The notes under the pieces: generated by a model | Seen by the model: the letters and a program-made list of their open reading frames with translations, nothing else | What the model was told of the DNA's origin: nothing | Databases searched by the model: none | Assembly (NCBI GenBank): GCA_043228905.1 | Contig: JBHGNT010000010.1 | Span: 7,006,001-7,070,000 of the forward strand | Direction: 5' to 3' | DNA: 64,000 nucleotides | From: Azolla caroliniana | Taxonomy: Eukaryota > Plantae > Polypodiophyta | Shown: piece by piece, positions 24,700-36,017 of the stretch | Layout: each line of letters begins with the position of its first letter | How positions within the stretch are numbered: the first letter of the stretch is position 1 | Made by a program: the position numbers and the translations under genes

Positions 24700-25167
24700 A
24701 GGGGGAGTTTGTTAGGAAACAAGTCCCTCCGGATGGGAAGGGAAGTGAGAAGAACAGTACTGATGAGCAAACTCGGCCGAGGCCGAAACCGGATGAAGAG
24801 TACCCGGCTGTCATAACTAGACTCGAACCCATAACCTTTTGTTACACGGGTCGAGACTTTACCATTAGGTTATGAGTTGTAATTTGAAGGATATTATTTT
24901 CATTTAGGTTTTATTAGGAAATTGATGTATATTCCAGATTTCTCTGGAACATTCTAGAAACTTCAGGAGTATTCCTGAAGACACTATAAAAGGAGGCGCA
25001 AGGCATTAGTTCGAACCAAATCGGTTCAACGCCAGTCTTAAGCCTTCTAACTACTGTTGTATATCTTCCGTCATATAATACATATATCTTTCGCATCATC
25101 ATTCTCTCTCTCTCTCTCTCTCTCTCTCACTCACTCATTCCTTCTCTCAAAGTTCGACACCTCTCAT

Positions 25168-28100
25168 TGTTGTAAAACAGTGCTCAGCCACCACCGAGGA
25201 ATAGGATAAATTCACAGAAAACAGGAAATACAAAATGCACGAAGTAGAATAGAGAGAAGAGTACACGGGATGTTTTTCGTGGAAAACCCTAACTAGGGAA
25301 AAACCACGGGAGTCCTCAAACTCCAACTATCACTATAGACAGAGATGTACAATGGTGAAGCTACAAGGCAACAACCTTGAGCTCACTGTCTTCGCCACAG
25401 GCGGCGGCAGTACACAGAGGCAACGACCTCTTCGTCTCTCTCTCTCTCTCTCTCTCTCGGCTACTCACCTTTTTTTTTCTCTCTCAAAATGAGCAACAAC
25501 ATTTAAACTGTTTGCCCTAAGTCATATTTATACACATATGACTTTCGGGCTATTTACAATTATAGCCTCAAGGGCCCTTGGCAAACATATTCACAAATAT
25601 GTCCCCGCATCCGGATCTCTCTCTCCGGGTACATTCGTCATCCGGCTCCGTAGCCGGGGTCTTCATCATCCGGCTCCGTAGCCGGTGACTTCATCATCCG
25701 GCTCCGTAGCCAGGGTCTTCATCATCCGGCTCCGTAACCGGGGACTTCATCATCCGGCTCCGTAGCCAGGGTCTTCATCATCCGGATCCGTATCCGGGTA
25801 CTCTTCATCCGGCTTCATGCCGGGTACTCTGCATCATCCGGTTCCGTAACCGCAACCGGGCTTGCCGTCATTTATCTCCGGGGACATCCCATCCGGAGGG
25901 ACCGAAATCCCAACAAACTCCCCCTTCACTTCGGCATGGGATGTCTCTCCAATCCAATCCTCTTCCGGCATGCTTCCAACTTGTCGGGTGTGAGCACTTT
26001 GGTCAGCATATCTGAGCCGTTCTCGTCCGTGTGGATCTTCGTCAGCACGAACTCCTGGTCTTCTATCCTTTCCCGGATCCAGTGATATCTTCGCTGGATG
26101 TGCTTCGTCCGGGAGTGATAGGCCGCGTTCTTCGCAAGGTGGATGGCACTCTGACTGTCGCAGTAGAGTCGGTACTCCTCTTGCCGGATACCGAGCTCTC
26201 TAATGAAGTCCTTCATCCATATTATTTCCTTGCCGGCTTCAACAGCCGCCATGTACTCCGCCTCCGTGGTTGACAACGCAACCGTCTTCTGCAGCCTCGA
26301 CTGCCACGAAACAGCTCCCCCTGCATACGTCATCACATACCCTGATGTGGACCGGCTGGTATCTGCATCAGCCGACATATCCGAATCGGTAAAGCCGTCG
26401 AGTTCGGGCTTACCGGAGCCGAATCGGAGGCACACGTTTGCCGTGCCCTTCAGGTATCGGAGTATCCACTTGACCGCGTTCCAGTGCTCCTTGCCGGGAT
26501 TGCTCATGTACCGGCTCACCACTCCGACTGCGTATCCTATGTCCGGTCTTGTACACACCATTGCGTACATCAAGCTTCCGACGGCAGAGGCATATGGTAC
26601 TTTCATCATGTCCTCTTTCTCAGCCTTTGTCTTGGGGCTTTGCTTGCTGGACAGCTTGCAGTTTGCCGGGAGGGTTGATCCGACCGGTCTTGCTTCCGAC
26701 ATGTTGAACCGGTGAAGTACCTTTGTTACGTACTTCTCCTGTGACAGCCACAACTGCTTCTTCTTCCGGTCTCGGATGATGTGCATCCCTAGTATTTGCC
26801 TCGCCGGACCCAGGTCCTTCATTGAGAAGGTTCGGTGAAGCGCTTTCTTCAGCATCCGTATCTTGCCCTGGTCCCGTCCGACGATCAACATGTCGTCCAC
26901 GTACAGGAGGAGTATTAGAGAGTCTCCTCCTTCGAACTTCTTCACAAACACGCAGTGATCGGACTGCGTTTTGTGGTACCCTTCGTCGGTCATGAAGGAG
27001 TCGAACTTTCGGTACCATTGCCGGGGAGCCTGCTTCAGTCCGTAAAGGCTCTTCTTCAACCGGCATACCAGGTGCTCCTTCCCTTTCTTCTCGAATCCTT
27101 CCGGTTGCTGCATGTAGATCTCTTCTTCGAGGTCACCGTGAAGGAATGTCGTCTTCACGTCCATCTGTTCTACCTCGAGGTCCATGCTTGCCGCTACGCT
27201 CAGCACCGTCCGGATGGAGGTCATCTTCACTACCGGGGCAAATATCTCGTCGAAGTCGACGCCCTTCTTCTGCTGGAACCCCTTCACCACGATCCTGGCT
27301 TTGTATCTCGGGGGGTTTCCGGCATCTCCCGGTTTCAGCTTGAACACCCACTTGTTTCGAAGTGCCCGCTTTCCTTTCGGCAACTCCACAAGTTCATATG
27401 TGTGATTCTCATGCAGGGAATCCATCTCCTCCTGCATGGCACTTAACCACCTGCGGCTATGGGTGTCAAGCTTTGCTTCTTCAAAACTCTCCGGCTCCCC
27501 CTCGTCGGTTAGCAGCACGTGCTCTGGTTCCGGAAATCTCCGGGGGGTCCTTCTCTCTCTTAGAGGATATCTCCGTTCCGGAGCTTCGGTAACCGGCTCC
27601 TCCGTTTCCTCTTCATCCGAATCCATTTCGGGATCGGGGCCGGTTCCGGTATCTGTTTCATCTTCCTCGGCCGGTTCTGTTTCTTCACCGTCTTCGGCCG
27701 GATCCTCGAGTGCTAACCGGTCCCTTGCCGGTCGGGACTGCTCCTTGTAGAGTTGATCCTCACCGGTCGACTTGGAGCTCTTCATCTTCTTCTCCGACTC
27801 CCAGTCGGCGAGTGTCTTATCCTCCATGAAGATGATATCTCGACTCCTGAATATCTTCTTGTCGACCGGGTCCCATACTCGGTAGCCGAACTCGTCGTCG
27901 CCGTAACCGAGGAATATGCATGGCCGGGTCTTTGGATCTAACTTTCCTCTCCGGTCCTTTGCCACATGCACGTATGCGAGACACCCGAACACCTTCAGAT
28001 GCCGGTAGGACACTTCCTTACCGGTCCACACTTTCTGCGGCGTGTCTCCGTCCAAAGGTACTGAGGGTGATCTATTTATCACATACGTCGCCGTCGACAT

Positions 28101-30778
28101 TGCCTCAGCCCAAAATCCCTTGGGTAATTTCGCATGCGCCAGCATACTCCGGACCCTCTCCATTATGGTCCGGTTCATCCTCTCGGCCAGCCCGTTCAGT
28201 TCCGGCGTCTTCGGCACAGTAAACTCGAGCCGGATTCCCTTCGAGCGACAGTACTCCAGGAACTGCCCCCGGTATTCCCCTCCGTTATCCGCTCGTATCG
28301 CTTTCAGCTTCTTGCCGGATTCCCTTTCCACTCTCGCGTGAAGTTCTTTGAAGACGCACAACACTTGGTCCTTTGTCTTCAACGGTGCCGTCCACAGCTT
28401 CCGGCTGTGGTCATCAATGAATGTCACGAAGTACTGGGCTCCGCCATGTGACTTCGTCTCTACTTGACACACGTCAGTGTGCACCAGCTCCAATGGTGCG
28501 CTACGTCTCGTTGGTGGCCTTGAGTGGAAGGAGGTCCGGTTTTGCTTACCGGCCAGACAGTCGGTACACTTTCCCAGGTGTACGTGCTTTACCGGTATCA
28601 GGTTGTCATCGGCAAGCCTCTTCATCCCCTTCTCACTCATGTGGCACAGTCTCTTGTGCCACAGCTCACCGGCAGTGTCGGTTGCCACGTTCAGCTCTTC
28701 CGGACATAGCCGGGAATTCATCAGGTACAGTGTATTGACCTTCCGGGCCCGAGCCACTATCAGGCTCCCTTTGCTGAACTTCATGACACCGTTCCGGATG
28801 CTACCCGTGTAGCCTTCCTCATCTAGCCTCCCGGCCGAGATCAGGTTCAATCGGACCTCCGGAACGTGTCGAACATCCTTCAGCAGCATCTTGCATCCGG
28901 TTGATGTCATCAGCCACACGTCTCCTATGCCGGCAATCCGGCATGTGCCTTCATTTCCCATCCGGACACAGCCGTGCTCACCGGCTGTGTAGGATGAGAA
29001 GTATTTCTTCTCCGGGGTCAGGTGGAACGACGCTCCGGAGTCGACCACCCAGGTCATCTCTACACCGGCAAGGTTCAGCTCCTTCTCTTCGGTAATGAGC
29101 ATTATCTCTTCTTCACTTGCCGCGAGTGCCGACGTTCCTTTCCAGTCCTGCCCTCGCCGATCCGGACATCTCCGGTCCGTGGCTCCCCGGTATGCACCGT
29201 TTCTCTCCGGTGACTTCTTCGAATCGGTGTCGTCGGCTCCGTTGTCCTTTCGGTAATGCCGACAATTCTTCCGGAAGTGCCCCGGCTTCCCACAGTGGAA
29301 GCATGTGGGCCTTCCTCTTGACTGCGACCGGGTCCCCGACTTCTCCCGTCTTTGCGGACTCCGGTTCCATTGTCTTCCCCGATCCGATTCGGTAAGCAGC
29401 GCCTTCGAGTCGGAGGCCGGTTCTTTATCTCTCCGACGCGCTTCTTCGTTCAAAATACTTGTCTTTACCGTTTGTAGGGACAAGTTGTCTTCCGTGCAGG
29501 AGGTGCTGAGAGTCACCACCAAGTTCTCCCAGCTTTCCGGTAATGTACACATCAGAATGATGGCTTGCATTGCATCCTCCAACGGGAACTTGATCGCCGC
29601 AAGCTGGTTCACGAATCCCATGAACGTGCTCACGTGTTCAACCATATTCTCGCCGTCCCGGTACTTGAGGTTCACTATCTTCCTCATCAGGGAGGTCCGG
29701 TTCAACGCATTCTTCCTCTCGTAGAGGCCCGACAGCTTCTTCCACATCTCATATGCGTTGGTGTCATTCGCCACATGTTGTAGAACGCTTACATCGACAT
29801 ATTGCCGGATCGTCGCTACGGCTTTCCGGTTCAGGAGCTTCCACTCCGACTCTATTACCCCCTTGGGTATCTCGGCATTGTCGATCGGTTCATACAGGTC
29901 TCGGACGATGAGAAGGTCTTCCATCTTTATCTTCCAGTCGGCGTAGTTCTGTGAGTTCAGCACCATCATGCCCGGAGGCCCACTACCGCCGCCTTCCATT
30001 TTCTGTGTTAACCGTGCTCTGATACCACTTTGTTGTAAAACAGTGCTCAGCCACCACCGAGGAATAGGATAAATTCACAGAAAACAGGAAATACAAAATG
30101 CACGAAGTAGAATAGAGAGAAGAGTACACGGGATGTTTTTCGTGGAAAACCCTAACTAGGGAAAAACCACGGGAGTCCTCAAACTCCAACTATCACTATA
30201 GACAGAGATGTACAATGGTGAAGCTACAAGGCAACAACCTTGAGCTCATTGTCTTCGCCACAGGCGGCGGCAGTACACAGAGGCAACGACCTCTTCGTCT
30301 CTCTCTCTCTCTCTCTCTCTCGGCTACTCACCTTTTTTTTTCTCTCTCAAAATGAGCAACAACATTTAAACTGTTTGCCCTAAGTCATATTTATACACAT
30401 ATGACTTTCGGGCTATTTACAATTATAGCCTCAAGGGCCCTTGGCAAACATATTCACAAATATGTCCCCGCATCCGGATCTCTCTCTCCGGGTACATTCG
30501 TCATCCGGCTCCGTAGCCGGGGTCTTCATCATCCGGCTCCGTAGCCGGGGACTTCATCATCCGGCTCCGTAGCCAGGGTCTTCATCATCCGGCTCCGTAA
30601 CCGGGGACTTCATCATCCGGCTCCGTAGCCAGGGTCTTCATCATCCGGATCCGTATCCGGGTACTCTTCATCCGGCTTCATGCCGGGTACTCTTCATCAT
30701 CCGGTTCCGTAACCGCAACCGGGCTTGCCGTCATTTATCTCCGGGGACATCCCATCCGGAGGGACCGAAATCCCAACA
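25168..30778 (-). mobile_element. Ty1/Copia element D, young and apparently intact
   Basis: 748-bp LTRs at 25168-25915 and 30031-30778 (only three substitutions noticed). tRNA-iMet PBS at 30016-30027 (minus); PPT at 25916-25927; uninterrupted ORF. Confidence 0.97.
25926..29999 (-). CDS. Copia D gag-pol polyprotein, 1357 aa (Gag, PR, IN, RT, RNase H)
   Basis: Intact ORF with CFHCGKPGHFRKNC, VVDSGASFH, HTDVC/ADNGGEY/GLAERMN, LYVDDMLI and HSRTKHI. Confidence 0.96.
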   Translation of the reverse strand: MEGGGSGPPGMMVLNSQNYADWKIKMEDLLIVRDLYEPIDNAEIPKGVIESEWKLLNRKAVATIRQYVDVSVLQHVANDTNAYEMWKKLSGLYERKNALNRTSLMRKIVNLKYRDGENMVEHVSTFMGFVNQLAAIKFPLEDAMQAIILMCTLPESWENLVVTLSTSCTEDNLSLQTVKTSILNEEARRRDKEPASDSKALLTESDRGRQWNRSPQRREKSGTRSQSRGRPTCFHCGKPGHFRKNCRHYRKDNGADDTDSKKSPERNGAYRGATDRRCPDRRGQDWKGTSALAASEEEIMLITEEKELNLAGVEMTWVVDSGASFHLTPEKKYFSSYTAGEHGCVRMGNEGTCRIAGIGDVWLMTSTGCKMLLKDVRHVPEVRLNLISAGRLDEEGYTGSIRNGVMKFSKGSLIVARARKVNTLYLMNSRLCPEELNVATDTAGELWHKRLCHMSEKGMKRLADDNLIPVKHVHLGKCTDCLAGKQNRTSFHSRPPTRRSAPLELVHTDVCQVETKSHGGAQYFVTFIDDHSRKLWTAPLKTKDQVLCVFKELHARVERESGKKLKAIRADNGGEYRGQFLEYCRSKGIRLEFTVPKTPELNGLAERMNRTIMERVRSMLAHAKLPKGFWAEAMSTATYVINRSPSVPLDGDTPQKVWTGKEVSYRHLKVFGCLAYVHVAKDRRGKLDPKTRPCIFLGYGDDEFGYRVWDPVDKKIFRSRDIIFMEDKTLADWESEKKMKSSKSTGEDQLYKEQSRPARDRLALEDPAEDGEETEPAEEDETDTGTGPDPEMDSDEEETEEPVTEAPERRYPLRERRTPRRFPEPEHVLLTDEGEPESFEEAKLDTHSRRWLSAMQEEMDSLHENHTYELVELPKGKRALRNKWVFKLKPGDAGNPPRYKARIVVKGFQQKKGVDFDEIFAPVVKMTSIRTVLSVAASMDLEVEQMDVKTTFLHGDLEEEIYMQQPEGFEKKGKEHLVCRLKKSLYGLKQAPRQWYRKFDSFMTDEGYHKTQSDHCVFVKKFEGGDSLILLLYVDDMLIVGRDQGKIRMLKKALHRTFSMKDLGPARQILGMHIIRDRKKKQLWLSQEKYVTKVLHRFNMSEARPVGSTLPANCKLSSKQSPKTKAEKEDMMKVPYASAVGSLMYAMVCTRPDIGYAVGVVSRYMSNPGKEHWNAVKWILRYLKGTANVCLRFGSGKPELDGFTDSDMSADADTSRSTSGYVMTYAGGAVSWQSRLQKTVALSTTEAEYMAAVEAGKEIIWMKDFIRELGIRQEEYRLYCDSQSAIHLAKNAAYHSRTKHIQRRYHWIRERIEDQEFVLTKIHTDENGSDMLTKVLTPDKLEACRKRIGLERHPMPK

Positions 30779-30972
30779 CCTCTCATAGTACTAATCCTTC
30801 TCTGTCTTAGTACTATTCCCCAACAATAGTACTAATCCTTCTTTTAGTACTAATTCCTTCTCTGCCTTAATAGAGTTCCTGACAGTTTGAACCGATTTGC
30901 CCTACTAGTCTCCCTCTTCCTTCTGTCTCTCTCCTTTCCTACTAGTCTCTTATTTCCCTTTTCCTTCATCCC

Positions 30973-32142
30973 ATGGCCACCGTTAGCGCTGAAGAGTATC
31001 AATCCGTTTTCTCGGAATTTCAATGCTTGAAAGAGAAGTTTCATGCTTTGGAACAAGAAAATCAACGCTTGTTGGGGGATCTTCAGCAAATTTCCTTAGA
31101 AAAGCAGCAAACGCAACAACAGCATGGGGAACTTGCGTTACGCGTGCAACAACTCGAAGCAACCATCGTAGCAATGCAACAACAAGGGCACGGAGCACAA
31201 GGGATTCATAAAGAACCCAAGATTGGCCTTCCCACGAAGTTCGATGGAACGCGATCGCAGTTTAGAGGGTTTCTTAACCAGGTACGGTTAGTTATTCAAA
31301 TGCATCCGTCCCGATATCCCACCGATGCATCACGAGTGGGTTTAGTAGGCACGTTGTTAAATGGCTCAGCATTAGCATGGTTCGCTCCGCTACTAGAAAA
31401 GGAATCTCCAGTACTAAATAATTTTGAAGAATTCATAAGTGAGTTTAAAGCATGTTTTGGAGATACTGACAGCATAAGGACTGCAATCAACAAAATCCGG
31501 CGATTACGCCAAGGTGACCGTCCAGCCTCCGCATATGCTGCAGATTTCCGCCTACTCGCCGCCGATATCCCCTGGGATGATCAAGCATTGATGGAGCAGT
31601 TCCGCTATGGTCTACGCAACGATGTCAAGGATTTACTCTTGACTTTCCCTGAAGAGCCAAAATCATTAACAGAAGCAATCAGTCGAGCGGTCAGATGTGA
31701 CAACCGCCTCTTCGAGCGACGTTCGGAACGACAATTTCAGATGCCGAGGGCAAGATCCGAGCCTACCTATGCCTCAGTGGTAGCGAAACCTTTTCAAAGG
31801 GAGTCACATAATGCGCCTCCAGTAAGTACTCCAACTCCAATGGAAATTGACACTACACGTCGTCGTGGGCCGCTATCGGAGGAGGAAAAGCAACGACGCC
31901 GAACAAACCGATTATGCCTTTATTGCGGTGGACCAGGGCATATCGCGATAAACTGTCCCCATAGACCAAGAAGGCAGGTAAACCAAGTCATTGTTAGTTC
32001 TGACTATACTAAACCCGAGTCTATTTCAGTAGGAATCTCTGATAATCCTCATAGTCATAATAGTCCTAATAGTACTAATAGTCCGAATCTCGCAAACAAG
32101 TTTGATGTCCTTAGCCAATTAGAAGAAGAGTTAAACGACTAA
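30973..32142 (+). CDS. Chromovirus Gag (PEG10/Rtl1-like capsid plus CCHC knuckle)
   Basis: N-terminal coiled coil, PTKFDG, LRQGDRPASAYAADF, PMEID, CLYCGGPGHIAINC. Confidence 0.92.
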   Translation: MATVSAEEYQSVFSEFQCLKEKFHALEQENQRLLGDLQQISLEKQQTQQQHGELALRVQQLEATIVAMQQQGHGAQGIHKEPKIGLPTKFDGTRSQFRGFLNQVRLVIQMHPSRYPTDASRVGLVGTLLNGSALAWFAPLLEKESPVLNNFEEFISEFKACFGDTDSIRTAINKIRRLRQGDRPASAYAADFRLLAADIPWDDQALMEQFRYGLRNDVKDLLLTFPEEPKSLTEAISRAVRCDNRLFERRSERQFQMPRARSEPTYASVVAKPFQRESHNAPPVSTPTPMEIDTTRRRGPLSEEEKQRRRTNRLCLYCGGPGHIAINCPHRPRRQVNQVIVSSDYTKPESISVGISDNPHSHNSPNSTNSPNLANKFDVLSQLEEELND

Positions 32143-35100
32143 GTCCAGCCAAAATAGGAGCCGTTTGGTTGGACAGCCCTAGATCTGTGCAGCCCATTAG
32201 TGGTTCCATTCCCTCTAAGCAAGTTAGTGATGTGTTCGTAGTCCAAGTAGCAGTTAGTACTAAAAGTACCCCTCCAGTACATACCTTAGCCCTTCTAGAT
32301 TCCGGAGCTAATTCTTGCTTCATGGATAGGAATTTTGCCCGAGCTCATCAGATATCTCTCAGAAAGCTCCCATGTCCAGCCTCAGTAGTAGTCATTGATG
32401 GTCGTCCCATTGCTTCTGGTAATATCATAGAAGAGTCGGAACCCGTTAATATTGTCCTAGATAACTTAACATGTGTAGTATCATTTAATATTATTAGTAT
32501 TCCAGAACATCCCATAGTTTTAGGATTACCATGGTTCGAGTTACATGACCCAGACATAGATTGGAGGACAAGGGAAATCCGGTTGCGACAAACCCAAGGA
32601 TCTACCCAGAAGGTTGCAACCATTTCGCTACGTCAGTTGCGTGAGGAAGGGCGCAAGGAGGAAATGTTTCTCTTTGCAATATCAGTACAACCCTCCAGCA
32701 CCACCAAAGAGGAGTCCACCGTTCAACTTCCCGAGAAGTATCGTCAGTATGCTGATGTGTTCGATAAAGTACAAGCCAACACACTTCCTCATCATCGGCC
32801 GTACGACTGCGCCATCGACTTACAACCGGGAAAAGAGCCGCCATGGGGGCCGATCTACAATTTGTCACCAACCGAGCTAGAAGTCCTTCGAGCCTATATA
32901 GAGGAGAATTTGGAGAACGGTTTCATTCGGCATTCGAAATCTCCAGCCGGCGCACCCATTTTCTTCGTCAAGAAAAAAGATGGCTCGCTTCGACTCGTTG
33001 TAGATTACCGTGGCTTGAATAGGGTCACAGTAAGAAATAGGTATGCTCTTCCCCTTATCTCAAGTCTTTTAGAACGGATCAACGGTGCCAGGTTCTTCAC
33101 GAAGATCGACTTACGAGGAGCCTATAACCTCGTACGGATCCGACCAGGAGATGAATGGAAGACCGCGTTTCGCACCAGATATGGGCACTTCGAGTATACG
33201 GTCATGCCGTTCGGACTCACTAATGCGCCGGCAGTCTTCCAGCACATGGCGAATGATATATTTCGAGATCTCTTGGATGATTTTTTGATCATCTATTTGG
33301 ATGATCTACTGGTTTATTCAAAGACCCAAGAAGAACATGATTCTCATGTACTATTAGTACTAAAACGACTTCGAGAACATGGTCTGTATGCAAAGTTAGA
33401 GAAATGTAGTTTCGGGTGCAACCAAGTGGAGTTTCTCGGCTATGTCATCTCCTCAGAAGGCATATCTATGGACCCAGCCAAGGTCAAAACGGTGATAGAA
33501 TGGCACACTCCGCGTTCGGTGCGGGATGTGCAATGCTTCCTAGGCTTTGCAAATTTCTACCGGAAGTTCATACAAAATTACTCAAAAATTGTGCTGCCTC
33601 TCACACAGCTCACCAGGAAGGGACAATCATTCATTTGGTCTAAAGAGACGGACATGGCTTTCGAGAGTCTTAAGAAGGCGTTTACATCAGCTCCAATTTT
33701 AGGTCATGTGGATCCGGAAAAACCATTCATTATCGAAGCTGATGCATCGGATTTCGCATTAGGGAGCATTCTGTCACAACAGGGTAACGACGAGAAGCTA
33801 CATCCTGTGGCTTTCCACTCCCGTAAGTTTGACGCCGCCGAAATCAACTACGAAATTCATGATAAAGAGCTATTAGCAATAGTTGATTCTTTTATGCAAT
33901 GGAGGCATTTCCTGGAGGGATCTCCTCATCAGGTCACTGTATTCAGTGACCACAAGAACCTTGCCTACTTTCAAGATGCTCGTGTACTGAATCGACGTCA
34001 AGCTCGGTGGGCCCACTTCCTCACACGCTTCGACTTCAAAATTACATATCGTCCGGGGAAGCACCAAGGGAAGGCAGATGCATTATCACGGCGTTCGTAT
34101 CTAACACCACGTCCCGGTGAGCCAGCTTTCGATAACCAGAAGCAAGTAATCTTGGGTCCAGCACGACTGCAAGCAGCACAGATCTTTGACATGCCCGTGG
34201 ATTCCGACATTACCAATACTATACGTGAGGACTTGAAGACTGACGCTTTCGCCCAAGCTATACTAGCACAAATTGACCCCTCTCGAGCGTCATGTTCACA
34301 ATCACAATCACCAGGTACGGATTATCGGCAATTCAAATACTGTGATGGATTACTCTTCTTTAAAGAACTTTTGTATGTTCCTAATGGTTCTTGCCGCCTT
34401 CGAGTAGTACAAAACTGCCATGACACATATACAGCAGGACATTTTGGTAGTACTAAAACATTAGATTTAGTACAACGATCATTCTGGTGGCCCCGTATGC
34501 GACAATTTGTCGAAGATTTTGTTCGGACTTGCGATACATGCTGCAGAGCGAAAATGCCAAGACATCATCCATATGGTTTATTAGAACCATTACCAATTCC
34601 AAGCAAGCCATGGCAATCCATTGCTCTTGACTTCATTACAGATCTTCCAGTCTCTAAGGGATTCAGTGCGATTCTCACAGTGGTGGATCGATATACGAAG
34701 ATGGCTCATTTCTTACCATGTACTAAAGAAATATCTAGTGAAGACACCGCCGAAATTGTCATGCGGGAAGTATGTTGGCATCATGGACTCCCTGATAATA
34801 TCATCAGCGATCGTGGACCCCAGTTTGTGTCAAAATTCTGGAAGCACCTTTTTAAAATGCTGAAGGTCACTTGTAACCTCTCCTCCGGCTACCACCCACA
34901 AACCGACGGTCAAGCCGAACGAACAAATCAAACACTGGAGCAGTATCTGCGGTGCTTTCTCAACTATCATCAGAATGACTGGGCAGATATTCTTCAGTTC
35001 GCCGAATTTGCCTATAATAACGCTATCCACGCATCGACTAAAGTCACGCCATTCTACGCTTATACGGGATATCATCCCCGGTGGTGTGTCCTTGAAACCC

Positions 35101-35726
35101 CAGAAGTGTCCACAAATCCTTGCGCGGAGGATCGTTTGGAGCGGTTACGCAAGATACAAGCGGATTTATCTACTCAACTCCAGCAAGCTCAACAATCACA
35201 CAAGGACTACGCAGATCGTCATCGACTTCCATCCAGTTTTAACATTGGAGATCGGGTGTGGCTGCTACGACGACACATCAAGACTACTCGCCCATGTGAG
35301 AAGTTGGATTATCGACGATTAGGTCCTTTCCGTATTATCGGGAAGATTAATGATGTCGCTTTTCGTCTCGAGCTACCTCCGCAACTTCGGATACACCCGG
35401 TGTTTCATAGTTCTCTCCTCGAACCCTATCACGAGAGCACTATCCCAGGACGTACTATACAACCTCCACCTCCTATCGAGCTCGAAGATGGACCTGAGTA
35501 TGAGGTCGCTGCCATCCTCGATTCCAAGATTGTTCGCAACAAGCTCTACTATCCAGTCGATTGGCTAGGATATAGTCCCAGCGAGCGTACTTGGGAACCG
35601 ATCGAGAATGTGACCAATGCTCGTGCTCTTCTAGAAGACTTCCATCGACGATATCCCGAGAAACCGGGTCCTCAATCCAAAACGACTCGTGAAACTCGTC
35701 GTTTTAAAGGGGGGATAGTGTCATAA
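32131..35726 (+). CDS. Chromovirus Pol (PR, RT, RNase H, IN, chromodomain) in the -1 frame relative to gag
   Basis: LLDSGA, IYLDDLL, EADASD, DFITDLP/SDRGPQF/QTDGQAER, GPF module, and chromodomain EYEVAAILDS...VDWLGYSPSERTWEP. No ATG start; the frame is open from 32115. Confidence 0.92.
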
Positions 35727-35985
35727 CTAGACTCGAACCCATAACCTTTTGTTACACGGGTCATTCTAGAAGGATATTATTTTCATTTAGGTTTTATTAG
35801 GAAATTGATGTATATTCCAGATTTCTCTGGAACATTCTAGAAACTTCAGGAGTATTCCTGAAGACACTATAAAAGGAGGCGCAAGACATTAGTTCGAACC
35901 AAATCGGTTCAACGCCAGTCTTAAGCCTTCTAACTACTGTTGTATATCTTCCGTCATATAATACATATATCTTTCGCATCATCAT

Positions 35986-36017
<32 letters not shown>

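Noticed and set aside
26031-29946. Many overlapping ORFs antisense to Copia D (and similarly for Copia A)
   Set aside because: Expected shadow ORFs of GC-rich coding sequence, with no recognisable motifs.
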